Source of the DNA: the human T2T-CHM13v2.0 reference genome, Homo sapiens
Reading direction: 5' to 3'
DNA length: 64,000 bases
NCBI GenBank assembly: GCA_009914755.4
Contig: CP068257.2
Location: 17,024,001 to 17,088,000 of the forward strand
The notes beneath the pieces are model-generated. The model made no database searches, had not been told where the DNA came from, and saw only the letters and a program-made list of their open reading frames with translations. The translations under genes were made by a program, and so were the position numbers. Of the stretch, positions 27,342 through 39,404 are shown piece after piece (the stretch's first letter is position 1; every line of letters begins with the position of its first letter).

Positions 27342-29946
27342 TGTATTAGTTCGTACTCACACTGCTGATAAAGACATACCCAAGGCCAGGTGCAGTGGCT
27401 CATGCTTGTAATCCCAGCACTTTGGGGGGCTGAAGCAGGTGGATCATGAGGTCAGGCATTCAAGACCAGCCTGGCCAAAATGGGGAAACCCTGTCTCTAC
27501 TAAAAACACAAAAATTAATGGGGCTTGGTGTAATCCAGCTACTCAGAAGGCTGTGATCCCAGCTACTCAGGAGGCTGAGGCAGGAGAATTTGCTTGAACC
27601 TGGGAGGTGGAGGTTTCAGTGAACTGAGATCGCACCACTGCACTCCAGCCTGGGCAAGAGTGAGATTTCATGTCAAAAAAAAAAAAAAAAAAAAAAAAAA
27701 AGACATGTCTGGAACTGAGAAGAAAATGAGATTTCATGGACTTACAGTTCCACATGGCTGGAGAGGCCTCATAATCATGGCAGAAGGGAAGGAGGAGCAA
27801 ATCACGTCTTACATGGATGGTGGCAGGCAACGAGAGAGAGCTTATGCCTGGAAACTTCCATTTTTAAAACAGTCAGATCTCATGAGACTTATTCACTAGC
27901 ACACGAACAGCATGAGAAAGACCATGATTCAATTATCTCCCACCGGGTCCCTCCCACCATGTGGGAATTATGGGGGCTACAAGATAAGATTTGGGTGGGG
28001 ACACAAAGCCAATCCATATCATTCTGTCTCTGGCCCCTCCCAAATCTCATGTTTTCACATTTCAAAACCAATCATGCCTTTCCAACAGTCTCCCAAAGTC
28101 TTAACTCATTTCAGGATTAACTGAAAAGTTCACAGTCCAAAGTCCTATCTAAGACAAGGCAAGTCCCTTCTGCCTATGAGCCTATCAAATCAAAAGCAAG
28201 TTAGTTACTTCTTAGGTGCAATGGGGGTACAGCCAATGGGTAAATACAGCCATTCCAAATGAGAGAAATTGGCCAAAACAAAGGGGCTACAGGTTCCATG
28301 CAAGCTCAAAATCCAGTGGGACAGGTCAAATCTTAAAGCTCCAAAATGATCTTCTTTGACTCCATGTCTCACATCCAAGTCATACTGATGCAAGAGGTGA
28401 GTTTCCTTGGTCTTCAGTAGCTCCACCCTTAAGGCTTTGCAGGGTACATCCTCTCTCCCAGCTGCTTTTACCAGCTGGCATGGAGTGTCTGTGGCTTTTT
28501 CAGGCACACACACAGTGCAAGCTGTCAGTGGATCTACCATTCTGGGATTTGGAGGGCCCTCTTTTCACAGCTCCACTAGATGGTACCCCAGTAGGGACTC
28601 TGTGTGGGGGCTCCAACCCTACATTTTCCTTCTGAGCTGCCTTAGCAAAGGTTCTCCATGAGAGCCCTGCCCCTGCAGTGAACTTCTGCCTGGGCATCCA
28701 GGCATTTCTATACATCCTCTGAAATCTAGCAGGAGGTTCCCAAACCTCAATTCTTGACTTCTGTGTCTGTGTATCCACAGGCTCAACACCATGTGGAAGC
28801 TACCAAGGCTTGAGGCTTGCACCCTCTGAAGCCACAGCTCAATCTGTACCTTGGACCCTTTTAGTAACAGCTGGAACAGCTGGGGCACAGAGCACCAAGA
28901 CCCTAGACTGCACACAGCATGGAGACCCTGGACCTGCCCCACAAAACTATTTTTTCTTCCTAAGCCTCTGGGCCTGTGATCGGAGGGGCTTCTGTGAAGA
29001 CCTCTGACATGCCCTGGAGACATTTTCCCCACAGTCTTGGAGATTAATATTTGGCTCCTCATTATTTATGCAAATTTCTGCAGGCAGCTTCAATTTTTAC
29101 TCAGAAATGATATTTTCTCTTCTATCGCAGTGTCAGGCTGTACATTTTCTAACTTTTATGCTCTGTTTCCCTTTTAAAACTGAATGCCTTTACCACCACC
29201 CAAGTCACATCTTGGATGCTTTGTTGCTTAGAAATTTCTTGCACCAGATACCCTAAATTATCTCCCTCAAGTTCAAAGTTCCAGAAATCTCTAGGGAAGG
29301 GGCAAAATGCTGCCAGTCTCTTTGCTAAAACATAACAAGAGTCGCCTTTGCTCCAGTTCCCAACAAGTTCCTCATCTCTATTTGAAACCACCTCAGCCTG
29401 GATTTCTTTGTCTATCATTATCAGCATTTTGGTCAAAGCCATTCAACAAGTCTCTAGAAAGTTCCAAACTTTCCCACATTTTCCTGTCTTCTTCTGAACC
29501 CTCCAAACTCTTCCAACCTCTGCCTGTTACCCAGCTCCAAAGTCACTTCCACATGTTCAGGTATCTTTTCAGTAACACCTGACTCTACTGGTACCAATTT
29601 ACTGTATTAGTCCAATTTCATGCTGCTGATAAAGACATATCTGAGACTGGGAGGAAAAATAGGTTTAAGGGACTTACAGTTCCACATGGCTGGGGAGGAG
29701 TCACAATCATGGTGGAAGGCAAGGAGGAGCAAGTCACATCTTACATGGATGGTGTCAGGCAAAGAGAGAAAGCTTGTGCAGGGAAATTCCCTTTTTCAAA
29801 ACCATCAGATCTTGTGAGACTTATACACAATTATGCGAACACTCCCATGATTCAGTTATCTCCCACTGGGTCCCTCCCACTGCACGTGGGAATTATGGAA
29901 GCTACAATAGGAGATTTGGGTGAGGACCCAGAGCCAAACCATATCA
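27342..29946 (-). mobile_element. THE1-type MaLR element, full-length (LTR-internal-LTR), minus orientation, with perfect 5-bp TSD
   Basis: LTR copies at 27342-28021 (interrupted by an Alu) and 29603-29946 both read tgtattagt…gctgataaagacata…cttacagttccacatggctgg…gtcttacatggatggtg…atctcgtgagacttat…cccactgggtccctcccac…gtgggaattatgg…gatttgggtg…ccatatca. About 1.58 kb of MaLR internal sequence lies between them. Flanks are tagcc|tgtattag… and …ccatatca|tagcc. Confidence 0.9.
27385..27701 (+). mobile_element. Alu SINE, full-length, nested inside the THE1 LTR
   Basis: ggccaggtgcagtggctcatgcttgtaatcccagcactttggggggctgaagcaggtggatcatgaggtcagg… It has a 27-nt poly-A at 27675-27701 and a short direct repeat aagacat on both flanks. 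It splits the LTR segment …gataaagacataccc | …ctggaactgag…cttacagttccacatggctgg. Confidence 0.9.
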
Positions 29947-30870
29947 TAGCCTTTCTATAAAATGTATTTTCTGTTGATGCAATTTATCTTTAATTAAAAT
30001 TAACTTTAATATGTATTGTCAAAATCGTGGTCTCTAAAATAGTTATATATATATGAAGATACATGTATACAATAATAAGAGTTTTGTTATATATCCACTC
30101 CACCTTAAAATAAACACAAACAGTACAGTTGAAACTTCCTGATTACTTATTTCCAGTTGAAGAATATCATAATTTTTAATTTCATGCATACTTATATATT
30201 TTTAAATGATATAATGTGGTTTTATTTTTTAAGTTTTGCAAATGAAATTCTATGCAAATTCTTTGGCAACTTTATTTTTCTGAAAACCTAATTGTAATTT
30301 TCATACTTGGAGACTACATTAGTTTTCACAGCAGTTTGATATTATATTATGTGAAAATGTCATAATTTCTGTGGATTCTCAGTTCATAAAATTCTACATT
30401 ATATCCAGCACTGAGCTGTCACAAACAATGCTGGTTTACAGAGTTTTATATATGTATCTCAGAGGATTAAACAATAACTTTTTCTATGATCAATCTGGAA
30501 TTGCTAAGACTTAGGGCTAGAACACCTTTTTCATTACCAGATTTTGTGGGCTTCTGTTCTTCTGAGTACCTGGACCAATTTTTATTATATCAGCAATAAT
30601 AGGGAGTATTCTGTTACTCTAAATTCTTGACATCACAATATTCTTAGTAGTCATTTTAATGCATTGTATTTTAAATAATTTTCTTGAAGGTACTATATTT
30701 AAAGCCAAATAGAGAAATCAGGTTTAATATTTATATATTTGTATTTATGTATGTGTGGTACACAAGATATTATAACTCAAGATCTTGTATCTCAAGATGA
30801 GGATGCTAAACATTTCCGAAGTCACAGAAAGACTTGCTGACTCACCCCACCTCTCAGCCCTTAACTGCTA

Positions 30871-31092
30871 CACTGTTGATGGGAATGTAAATTGGTACAG
30901 CCATTATGGAAAACAGTAGGCAGGTTCTTAAAGATATTAAAAATATAACTATTATATAATCCTACTTCTAGATATATACTCAAAGGAAATGAAATAATTA
31001 TCTTGATATTTGCAATCTCATGTTCACTACTGCATTATTCACAATAGCGAAGATATGAAAACGTGTTGACAGATGAATGAATAAAGAAAATG

Positions 31093-31146
<54 letters not shown>

Positions 31147-31651
31147 GAATATTTTTCAGACTTAAAAAAGAAAATCCTGCCATTTGCAACTCTGTGTATG
31201 AACCTGTAGCATGTTAGGCTAAGTGAAATCAGATGCAGAAATACAAATACTGCATGATCTCTCTAATTGTGGAATCTAAAAAAGTTGAACTCACACAAAC
31301 AGAGAGTAGAATGAGGGTTGCCAGAGGCTGTGGGGTAGGAAAAACAGGGAGCTGTTGATCAAAGGGTACAAAGTTTCAGTTACTTAGGATGAATAAGTTC
31401 TGGAAAGATAATGTAGAACATGGCTACTATAGTTGATAATATAGTATTGCATTCCTCAAGTTTGATAAGGGAAAAGATATTAAGTGTTCTCACTACATGT
31501 ACACACACACAATTGATGACTTTGTGAGGTGATAAATATGTTAATTAGCTTGACTGTGGTAATCACTTCACAGTGTATATGTACATTAAAACATCACATT
31601 TAATACCTTAAATATATACATTTTTTGTTAATTATACTGCAATAAATCTGG
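30871..31651 (+). mobile_element. L1 LINE 3' end (old L1M/L1P-type), plus orientation
   Basis: cactgttgatgggaatgtaaattggtacagccattatggaaaacagt … cattattcacaatagcgaagatatgaaa … gagagtagaatgagggttgccagaggctgtggggtagg…gggtacaaagtttcagtt…atggctactatagttgataatatagtattg…gttaattagcttgactgtggtaatcacttcacagtgtatatgtacattaaaacatcacatttaataccttaaatatatacatttttt…aataaatctgg, i.e. the canonical L1 C-terminal ORF2 and 3'UTR. Confidence 0.75.
31094..31143. repeat. (CA)n microsatellite, ~25 units, embedded in the L1 3' end
   Basis: Uninterrupted cacacaca… It sits where L1 normally has …aaaatgtggtacatatacaca…. Confidence 0.95.
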
Positions 31652-31717
31652 GGATGGGGAGAGATACTAGAGGTATAGAAGGCTGTGAAGGTCATGAAGT
31701 TAGAAATAAATAGATTG

Positions 31718-31973
31718 ACTTGAAACATGCTTTTTTTTGCTTTTACTTTTAATTTAATTTAATTTAATTTTTTGAGTCAGGGTCTCACTCTATCACCCAG
31801 GCTGGAGTGCAATGGTGCAATCATGGCTCACTACAGCCTTAAAATCCTGGGCTCAGGTGATCCTCCCACCTCAGCCTCCCAAGTAACTGGGAGTACAGGC
31901 TCACAGCATGCCCAGCTAATTTTTTTGTGCAGTTTTTGTAGAGATGGGGTTTCCCCATATTGCTCAGGCTGGT
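31718..31973 (-). mobile_element. Alu SINE (older, AluJ-like, 5'-truncated), minus orientation, with TSD
   Basis: Tail-derived cttttttttgcttttacttttaatttaatttaatttaattttttt, then reverse-complement Alu body gagtcagggtctcactctatcacccaggctggagtgcaatggtgcaatcatggctcactacagcc… ending at …tgctcaggctggt. Direct repeat ttgaaacatg lies on both flanks (31708-31717 and 31974-31983). Confidence 0.8.
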
Positions 31974-31989
31974 TGAAACATGTTTAGAA

Positions 31990-33790
31990 GGTGATGTAAC
32001 AGATCTTTATAACTGACAGATGGTGAGAAGAGAATTACTAGATAAAATTGACATAAACAAAAGTAGAACTAATAAGTGAATTTAATGAGGTCCAGACAAA
32101 AAGCAAACATTTCCAAAAAATCAAATGATATACTATACACTGGAAATAAATAAATTTTAAAAAAGAGAAGAACTGGAAATGTGGAATACATACTTAGAAA
32201 AACTTTAAAAAGAAGATGTGATTAATCTGTACACTGAAATTTATAAAATATTCTTTGAGAAACTAACTTAAAATATATAAATAGGCAACACATAAATAAA
32301 AAATAAAAGTATAAAATAGGGTGTAAAAATAGAAACTAACTTATGATAAAGTCATTCTCCAATAAATTTAATGAGAAGAAAAATCTTCTGAGCAAATACT
32401 AATAAGACAATTAAAAATATATGTAATGATTATACATATGCATATGTATCTATGTATCTGTGTGTATATGCATTAAATATAATAAAAATTTTATATGTGT
32501 ATATGAAGATAGTTTCTGACTAACAATGGTTCAACTTACAGTTTTTCAACTTGCAATGGCTTTATCAGGGTGTAACCTCCATTGTAAGTCAAGGAACACC
32601 TGTATATACATATATATATATATGGTGATGAAATTAAGCTAGATTGTAGAACTAAATGAAAAAGTAAAATATGTTACCCTTCTAGAATAAAATTTAGCAG
32701 GATCCCTTCAACATCATGATGCCTTAAATTTTTCTTAGAGAGCAAACTGAATGCAGTAGGCATGACAGGAAAATTGCTAAACTATACTTTACTAGACTTA
32801 AAATTTCTCCTCATTGAAAACCTAAATTGGTAAGCCACAGACTAAAAGATATTCACAAAATATACATCTAAAAAGAAGACTTATATCCAAAATCTCTGAA
32901 GAATTTTAACTCAATAATAAAAATATTTAAAAATCCAGTGAAAAGTGGATAAAATAATCTAATAAACATTTGCAAAGGACACAAATAAATGGCAGAGAAT
33001 AACAACAAAAGCAAAACAAATTAAAAAATGCAGCATCACTAGTTATCACAAAACTGCAAATTAAAACCATAATGAGATACCATTACACACCTAGTAGAAT
33101 GGCTAAAATTTAGAAGTCTAACAGTATCAGCTGTTAGCACAGATTTTAAGCAATGAGTCTCTTAAATATTGCTTGTAGAAATGTTAAATAGTCCAGCCAT
33201 TTCAAAAAAGAGTTTTTCAATTTCTTTAAAACTTATGCCTACCTTATGACCCAGCAATTTTACTCCAAAACAATTAAATCCTATGTTTATAAATGATTGT
33301 ATAGGCATGTTAATAACATCTTTATTTTTTATAGACAATAGTGGAAAAAATTCAAAAGTCCATCAGCAGATCTGTTGAACAAATTTTGGTTTATTTGTAG
33401 AATTGAAAACAACTCGGTAAAAACAAAATAAATAAATAAATAAATGATTGCTCTGTCAACAGTATGGCTCAATACCAAAAACATTATGTTGAAGGAAATT
33501 AGCCAGGCACAAAAGAGTACATTCTGTATGATCCCATTTGGTGAGATTCAAAGACTGACTAAATCAATCTATGCTAGAAATCATAAAAGAGGTGGCCTAA
33601 GCCAGGAGTTGGTAAAAAACTAGAAAATGCCATGTGGGAAATTTCTACAGTGAAGGAATTTATACCATAATTTGGGTATTGCTTACAATAGTATATACAT
33701 TTGTCAATAGTTAATATATTTTGCAGTTGAGTTCTATGCATTTTTCTGCATTCAAATTTTATTTAATAAAAATGAACATAAAAAACAAAA
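31990..33790 (+). mobile_element. Ancient L1 (L1M-type) ORF2 C-terminal portion and 3'UTR, diverged
   Basis: …tgtacactgaaatttataaaatattctttgagaaactaa… (compare L1M gtacactgaaaactataaaacattgatgaaagaaattaaag). 32990-33790 matches L1M …aaaatgcagcatcactagttatcacaaaactgcaaattaaaaccataatgagataccattacacacctagtagaatggctaaaatt … ttatgacccagcaattttactcc … gtatggctcaataccaaaaacattatgttgaaggaaattagccag… ending in an A-rich terminus ~33790. Confidence 0.6.
32525..32620 (+). mobile_element. Tigger1-like (TcMar) DNA-transposon terminal fragment nested in the L1M
   Basis: agtttctgactaacaatggttcaacttacagtttttcaacttgcaatggctttatcagggtgtaacctccattgtaagtcaaggaacacctgta resembles the terminus …ttcgacttacgatattttcaacttacgatgggtttatcgggacgtaaccccatcgtaagtcgaggaacatctgta. 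Subfamily not assigned. Confidence 0.45.
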
Positions 33791-34019
33791 CTCTTTAGAA
33801 GAGAAAATGAGATTTCAGAGAGAGTAAATAAAACGTGGAATTTTTTCTAGAGCACAGGTCTCTATTCTACAAATTGAAGTCCATTTCCCTTAATTTGAAA
33901 AATTGAGAAATAAGGCTAATAATGTTCTTACTTTAAAGCTTAGGGAAAAGTCAAAAATTTTTAAGTAAATGGAAATAAAGAGTTGATCTTGAAAGCTTAA
34001 CTCTGAAAGCTGAACTCTA

Positions 34020-34230
34020 TTGAAACTGTATGTATTTGGTAGAAACTGCATTTTGAGTACTCATAACCATTTCGTGTTTCTCTTTCAAAATAGTATTCAA
34101 AGATTACATGAGATATTCAACATTTTATTATAAATAGGCTTTGGATTAGATGTTTTTGCCCACCTTGAGGCTAATGTAAAGCTGAACTCTGAATTAATGT
34201 AAATTTTGTTTGCTAGAAAGGTATAACATA
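34020..34230 (+). mobile_element. Tigger1-like DNA-transposon fragment (copy of the same family as 35297-35545)
   Basis: …ccatttcgtgtttctctttcaaaatagtattcaaagattacatgagatattcaacattttattataaataggctttggattagatgtttttgcccaccttgaggctaatgtaaag… parallels 35297-35470 and the remembered consensus ccattctgtttttcactttcagtacagtattcaataaattacatgagatattcaacactttattataaaataggctttgtgttagatgattttgcccaactgtaggctaatgtaag. Confidence 0.45.
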
Positions 34231-35296
34231 TTAGTATAAATAAGATGGAAGTTCTTTTTTTTGTATTTGTACGATATTTTTATTTAATATTTTAATGCAT
34301 TTGTTCTGTTTCCCGCTTTTATCTACATGTCTCTCATTTTTAAATAACTTTGGTAGTGTTTGGAGAAAAGTATAAACTTTATCAATTTAAAAAAAAACTT
34401 GAGACATTTTAAACCTAAAAAATCTTCACTTGAATTGTTTGTATCTAATATGTTTATAGAAGAACAATAACCTTACTTGTTATCATCTTTTTGCACTTCA
34501 ATATTCAAAATAATTTGCTGAAATATTTTAATCAAATGTCTGGCTTTTCAAAAAAAAGTCATAAACTCTTTGTGGGACAAATTTTAAAATAATACTTAGC
34601 ATATGAATACATAGTTTGTGATATATATTACCCTAAAATTAAAATGTAGTTACACTTTAATATATGGTTTAATTAATTGATTTTACTCTATGCTGTGTGA
34701 AAGCTAAAAAACACAGAAATGTGTTCAGGATCCTGAAAACAATTCTGCATCAGAAGAAAACTAATGTTTATCTTCTACCAGACATTTATGTTTATTCAAT
34801 AAATCATTTAATCTACTTCAAATTATTTTGGACAATAATGCCTAACTAATGTGGCTATAAGGTTAAGTCTTGTATTGACTAATAGTAAGTCTTGTCATTA
34901 AACTTAATCCATTATACTGTAAATGTCACTCCCTCAAGCTCTACTTCTAATCAATATACTCTACTATCTTTTCCATCAGATGAGCTACAGTCAGCCCATG
35001 GACTAGTATTGACTCCATTCCTATTAAGAGATAATAACATGCACATAGAACTTTTTCCAGTCTTTTAACACAAACAGAAGTCTGTATGATACAATTATTT
35101 CATAATCTGAAATTTTCAAGTTTTTAAAATATAAGGGAGGTTCTTTTTGGTCTTTTTAATATACCAATCCTTTTCTATGAAGGTATCAGAGCATCCTCTC
35201 TATATATGTATACACACAGAGACAGAGCAAGATAGTCTCCAAATTATGATTCGACTTATTTCAACTTTGTCATGTGCAAAAGCAATAAGCTTTCAG

Positions 35297-35545
35297 TAGA
35301 AACTGTATTTTAAATACCCATATAACAATTTTGTGTTTCACTTTCAATACAGTATTCAATAAATTGCATGAGATATTCAACATTTTATTATAAAATAGGC
35401 TTTGGGTGAGATGATTTTGCCCAACTTACTTACATTAATGTAAGTTTTCTGAGCATGTTTAAGATAGGCCAGGCTAAACTATGATGTTCAGTAGGTTATG
35501 TATATCAAACACATTTTTTCCTTATGATAATTTCAGTTTATAATG
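35297..35545 (+). mobile_element. Tigger1-like DNA-transposon 3' fragment, truncated at the MaLR junction
   Basis: agaaactgtattttaaatacccatataacaattttgtgtttcactttcaatacagtattcaataaattgcatgagatattcaacattttattataaaataggctttgggtgagatgattttgcccaactt…taatgtaagttttctgagcatgtttaagataggccaggctaaactatgatgttcagtaggttatgtatatcaaacacatttttt…. Confidence 0.45.
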
Positions 35546-35552
35546 GATTACG

Positions 35553-36449
35553 CAAAATGGTAGATCCACCAACAGCTTGCACCATGCACCTGGAAAAGAC
35601 ACAGGTATTCAATGCCAGCTGGTGAAAGCACCCAAAGGGGCTGCACCCTGCAGAGCCACAGGGGCAGAGTTGCCCACGGCTGTAGGAGCCCATCCATTGC
35701 ATCGGTGTTATCTGGATGTGAGACATGTAGTCAAAGGAGATTATTTTGGAGCTTTAAGATTTAATGACTGCCCTGCTGGGTTTGGACTTGCACAGGGTTT
35801 GTAGCCCCCTTGTTTGGCTGATTTCTCCCCCTTGGAATGGGAGTATTTAGACAATGCTTGTACTCCTATTGTATCTTGGAAGTAATTAACTTATTTATTT
35901 TACAGGCTCATGGGCAGAAAGTACTTGCCTTGTCTCAGATGAGATTTTTGGGCTGCAGACTTTTCAGTTAATGCTGAAATGAGTTAAGGCATTGGGGGAC
36001 TGTTGAAAAGGGTTGATTGTATTTTGCAATGTGAAAATAACATAAAATTTGAGTGGAGCTAGAGTGAAATGATATGGTTTGGATTTGTGTCCCCAACCAC
36101 ATCTTATATTGAGCTATAATCCCCAATGTTGGAAGAGGGTCCTGGTTGAAGGTGATTGGCTCACAGGGCACACTTCCCCTTTGTTGTTCTCATGATAGTG
36201 AGTGAGTTCTAATGAGATACGGTTGTTTAAAAGTGTGTGTCATCTCTCCCCTGCACTTCCTCCTGCTCCAGCCGTATAAGATGTGACTCCTTCCTCTTCA
36301 CCTTCCATCATGATTGTAAGTTTCCTGAGGTCTCCTCAGCAATGCTTCCTGTACAGCCTGTGGAACTTTGAGTCAATTAAACCTCTTTTCTTTATAAATT
36401 ACCCAGCCTCAGGTAGTTCTTTATAGCAATGTGAGAATGGACTAATACA
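35553..36449 (+). mobile_element. MaLR (MST/THE1-type) partial internal region plus 3' LTR, plus orientation
   Basis: Internal part 35553-36069 is homologous to the internal regions of the two full-length copies (caaaatggtagatccaccaacagcttgcacc… ggagctttaagattt… cttgccttgtctcagatgag…ttaatgctgaaatgagttaag). LTR 36070-36449 reads tgatatggtttgg…atcttatattgagctataatccccaatgttggaag…catgattgtaagtttcctgaggtc…tggaactttgagtcaattaaacctcttttctttataaattacccagcctcaggtag…ggactaataca. Confidence 0.8.
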
Positions 36450-36924
36450 CCATCCCTTGCCAAAAGCCCCCTGGGGAGCAAAATCACCACTAAGTGAGAA
36501 CCCCTGGAGCAAGAGAACTGAGAAATATGTTTTACAGAAAGATTTTATAAGTACTATGGAACAGTGACTATTGTATGTGGTTTTTTTTCTTCTCTTTCCA
36601 TACAGGATATTTATTGCAGTTATTTTCTTCTTGTTGCCCTACTGCATGTGAGGAATTGAAGAAGCAGATGAGCTGTCTTTATTTCATATATTTCTGTATC
36701 AAGAGCTTGATATAATGACTGAACTAAACTTTGAAGGTGCTGGGATAAGGATGATTATAGTTTGTATGTGGGAGGGAACTGTGACTGTGAGGAAGACTCA
36801 AGCAAATTTCATTAAGAATTCCAGCTTATTTTGTCTGCTGCTTATCTTTTGCTAGGTGACTGCAGTTTTTCCTAGTATGGATGTGATATATATTTCCCAC
36901 TCTTTAAATTTGAGCCCTCAATTG

Positions 36925-37262
36925 TCATAGTCCATTTTGTGCTGCTATAACAGAATACCTGAGACATGGTAATATATAATGAATGGAAATTTATTTCTCA
37001 CAATTTTGGAGGCTGTTAAATTTAAGACTGAAGAGTAGGCATCTTTTGGTGGCCTTCTTGTGATGTCATCTCATGGGTGAAGTTGGAAAGGCAAGAGACA
37101 ACCCTCTCCCAAAAGCCCTTTTTGAAAGATATTAAACCCATCCATGAGGACAGAATCCTTGTTGCTTAATCATCTCGAAATAGGCCCACCTGCTAATACT
37201 ATTACAGTGGAAATTAAATTTAAACATAAATTTTGGAGGGAACAAATATTTAAACCATAATA
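36925..37262 (+). mobile_element. MaLR LTR, MLT1-type (solo), plus orientation
   Basis: gtccattttgtgctgctataacagaatacctgagac…aaatttatttctcacaattttggaggctg…aagactgaagag…catcttttggtggcc…tcatgggtgaag…cccatccatgaggacagaatcc…aatcatctcgaaataggcccacctgctaatactattacagtggaaattaaatttaaacataaattttggagggaacaaatatttaaaccata. Confidence 0.5.
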
Positions 37263-37864
37263 TCAACTTTGGCCTGTTTGAGTCAACAAAGTAAGGCCAA
37301 AAAGACAATGTGCCAGTTTCAATTTATGTTATTAAGGGGCTTTTATATTTTCTCTTTGGCCTTTTTATGCCCTTGATATAAGAAGCACATAAGCTTCTAC
37401 TCCAGTAGCTCCACAATAAGGATAATAGACATTTGCAGAAGAGTCACCCCAGCTGAGTCACCAGAGCCAAAACTAACTTATATCAGCCAACTTGTAAATG
37501 TATTACTGATAACAATCATGATCAGCAAAACTGTCCCAGGAAAAGAAGTCAGCTTCAGTCTTCCTTCTCACCCACCTCAAACAATCTATACTATTTGGAA
37601 TCAAATTTAAATAAAGTTCAAGGGAAGACAAAATAATGTTATCTATGATTATGGATGATGGGGATTGACTGAAAGAGGGAAAAAGGAAACTCTTTGGGGT
37701 GATTGAAGTTTTTTCTGTATCTTGATAGGAGTTTTGGTTACATGGTGGTTTCTTAAATTCATTAAACTTCAATCTCAAGACTTATTTATTTTGTCTTGAT
37801 TTATCTTTAATATAATAATAAAAATATATGTAAAATATTTTTACATATTTTTATTACTTTTTTA

Positions 37865-38067
37865 TATACAGTTAGTCAACCACAGAAAAGGATAATCAGA
37901 GATAATTATTCAGAAAGGAACATTGTTTAGTCTTTTAAGCATCTGCTATTCCTTTCTCCCTTGAAAATGATGTGTAGTGATTAGTTTTCATCCGAACAGG
38001 CATTTTCTCCTTCTTAAAAATGAAAACATGCCCTATTTTGAAGGTGCTGGGATAAGGATGATTATAT
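37865..38067 (+). repeat. Unclassified low-copy repeat, copy A (inverted partner at 51060-51237)
   Basis: tatacagttagtcaaccacagaaaaggataatcagagataattattcagaaaggaacattgtttagtcttttaagcatctgctattcctttctcccttgaaaatgatgtgtagtgattagttttcatccgaacaggcattttctccttcttaaaaatgaaaacatgccctattttgaaggtgctgggataaggatgattata. A 30-bp piece (tttgaaggtgctgggataaggatgattata) also occurs at 36730-36759. Confidence 0.6.
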
Positions 38068-39404
38068 TTTTATATTACATATATGTTACATATAAGAAAA
38101 ATAGTATATGTAATGTTTCAAACACACAGAAAGAATCTGGAAAAACTGATTAGGATAATATTAAGAAGGAAATAGAGGTTAAACATGTTAACCTGAAAAA
38201 TCATAGTAAATTAAAACATGATGGAAAAAATTCCAAATACATGTGTAATTTCAATCCATGTAAACGAATTAAATATCAACTACAAAAAAAATTCTCATAT
38301 TTTAGAAAAGTGCAATCCACTTCTTATTTTCTTCCTTTTGTTTTCCTGAACAATTCAGTTCTACAGTACTTAGTTGAAGCAAAGCATGGAAAGAGTGTCT
38401 TGGCATGAGATGTCAGAAGCAAAGCATGATAAAGAGGGCATCCACAGTAGGTGTCACAGCCTGAGTGAGATGAAGAGGGCATCAAGTGATGTCTGCCCTC
38501 AGCCATGGGATGTCAGTAACAAAACAGGACAAAAGGGCTCCAAAAGTGTGGGGAAGCTCTTCATGTACTGCAGAAGCCCTGCAGGTTGAGGAAGATATTA
38601 ACCTCAGACATATGGCCATGTATGCCATTTGGGAGCCTAAGCAGGATGATGTAGGGCTATACTGGGGGACCTGGATAAGATATTAGAACCCAGAGTGCAG
38701 AGCGGTGTATAATACGGCTGGAGGTCTTCACATGGGTTTTCAGAATCTGAGCAGAATGAGGGCTGCAGCTTATGTGGATGTTGAAGCCTAGTCAGAAAGA
38801 AGTGTAGAAGACATAAGCTTAATCAAGTGATCACATTGAATGTTATCAGCAATGGTTGGGAGTAGGGGCGTTGGGAGACAGTATATAATTTCATAGAAAG
38901 CAGAAAAATAGAACATTGCTTAAATTCCTGCTGAAGATACATAACTTGAATCTAATTATATGGAAACATGAGACAACCCCAAAATTAAAGTATGTTTTAC
39001 AAAATCTATGGGAAAAGCTGTTTCAGACTGATCAAGGCATGATTCATAATTTGATCATTTTACTATAAATTATATTATTTAAACACTTGTCAAAGCTTGA
39101 ATATAGTCTGGGATCAATGGTGGTAATGTATCAATATTAATTTCTTGATTTTGACAGTTGTGATTATGTAGGAGCATTTAGAAAGAGACAGCAATTTAGT
39201 GTTCAGAGATAATAGGAATCAGATCAGTAACAATCTTAAATGGCTGAGAAAACCAATGATTTTTGCACTATACTTGCCACATTATAAATTTGAATTTGTG
39301 ATTTATGTATATATACACATAAATATTGTGTATGTATACCTACAAAGATATACCAGAATGTAACTTATACTGTAAACATTAAAACTCATAGTAAAATATT
39401 CATA

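Noticed and set aside
28619-29062. 147-aa minus-strand ORF (and neighbouring 111-, 92- and 84-aa ORFs) that might be taken for a gene
   Set aside because: Lies entirely within the internal region of the THE1-type MaLR element. Homologous ORF pieces recur in the other two MaLR copies (35577-35804, 48205-48545). It is a retroelement-derived chance ORF, not a host gene.
38378-38520. Apparent degenerate ~50-bp internal repeats (gaagcaaagcatgg…gatgtcag / aagcaaagcatgat…gatgtcag) and a run of 60-70-aa overlapping ORFs at 38324-38686
   Set aside because: Similarity between units is weak (about 60%), there is no clear period, and it is possibly an old diverged repeat. It is insufficient for a call.
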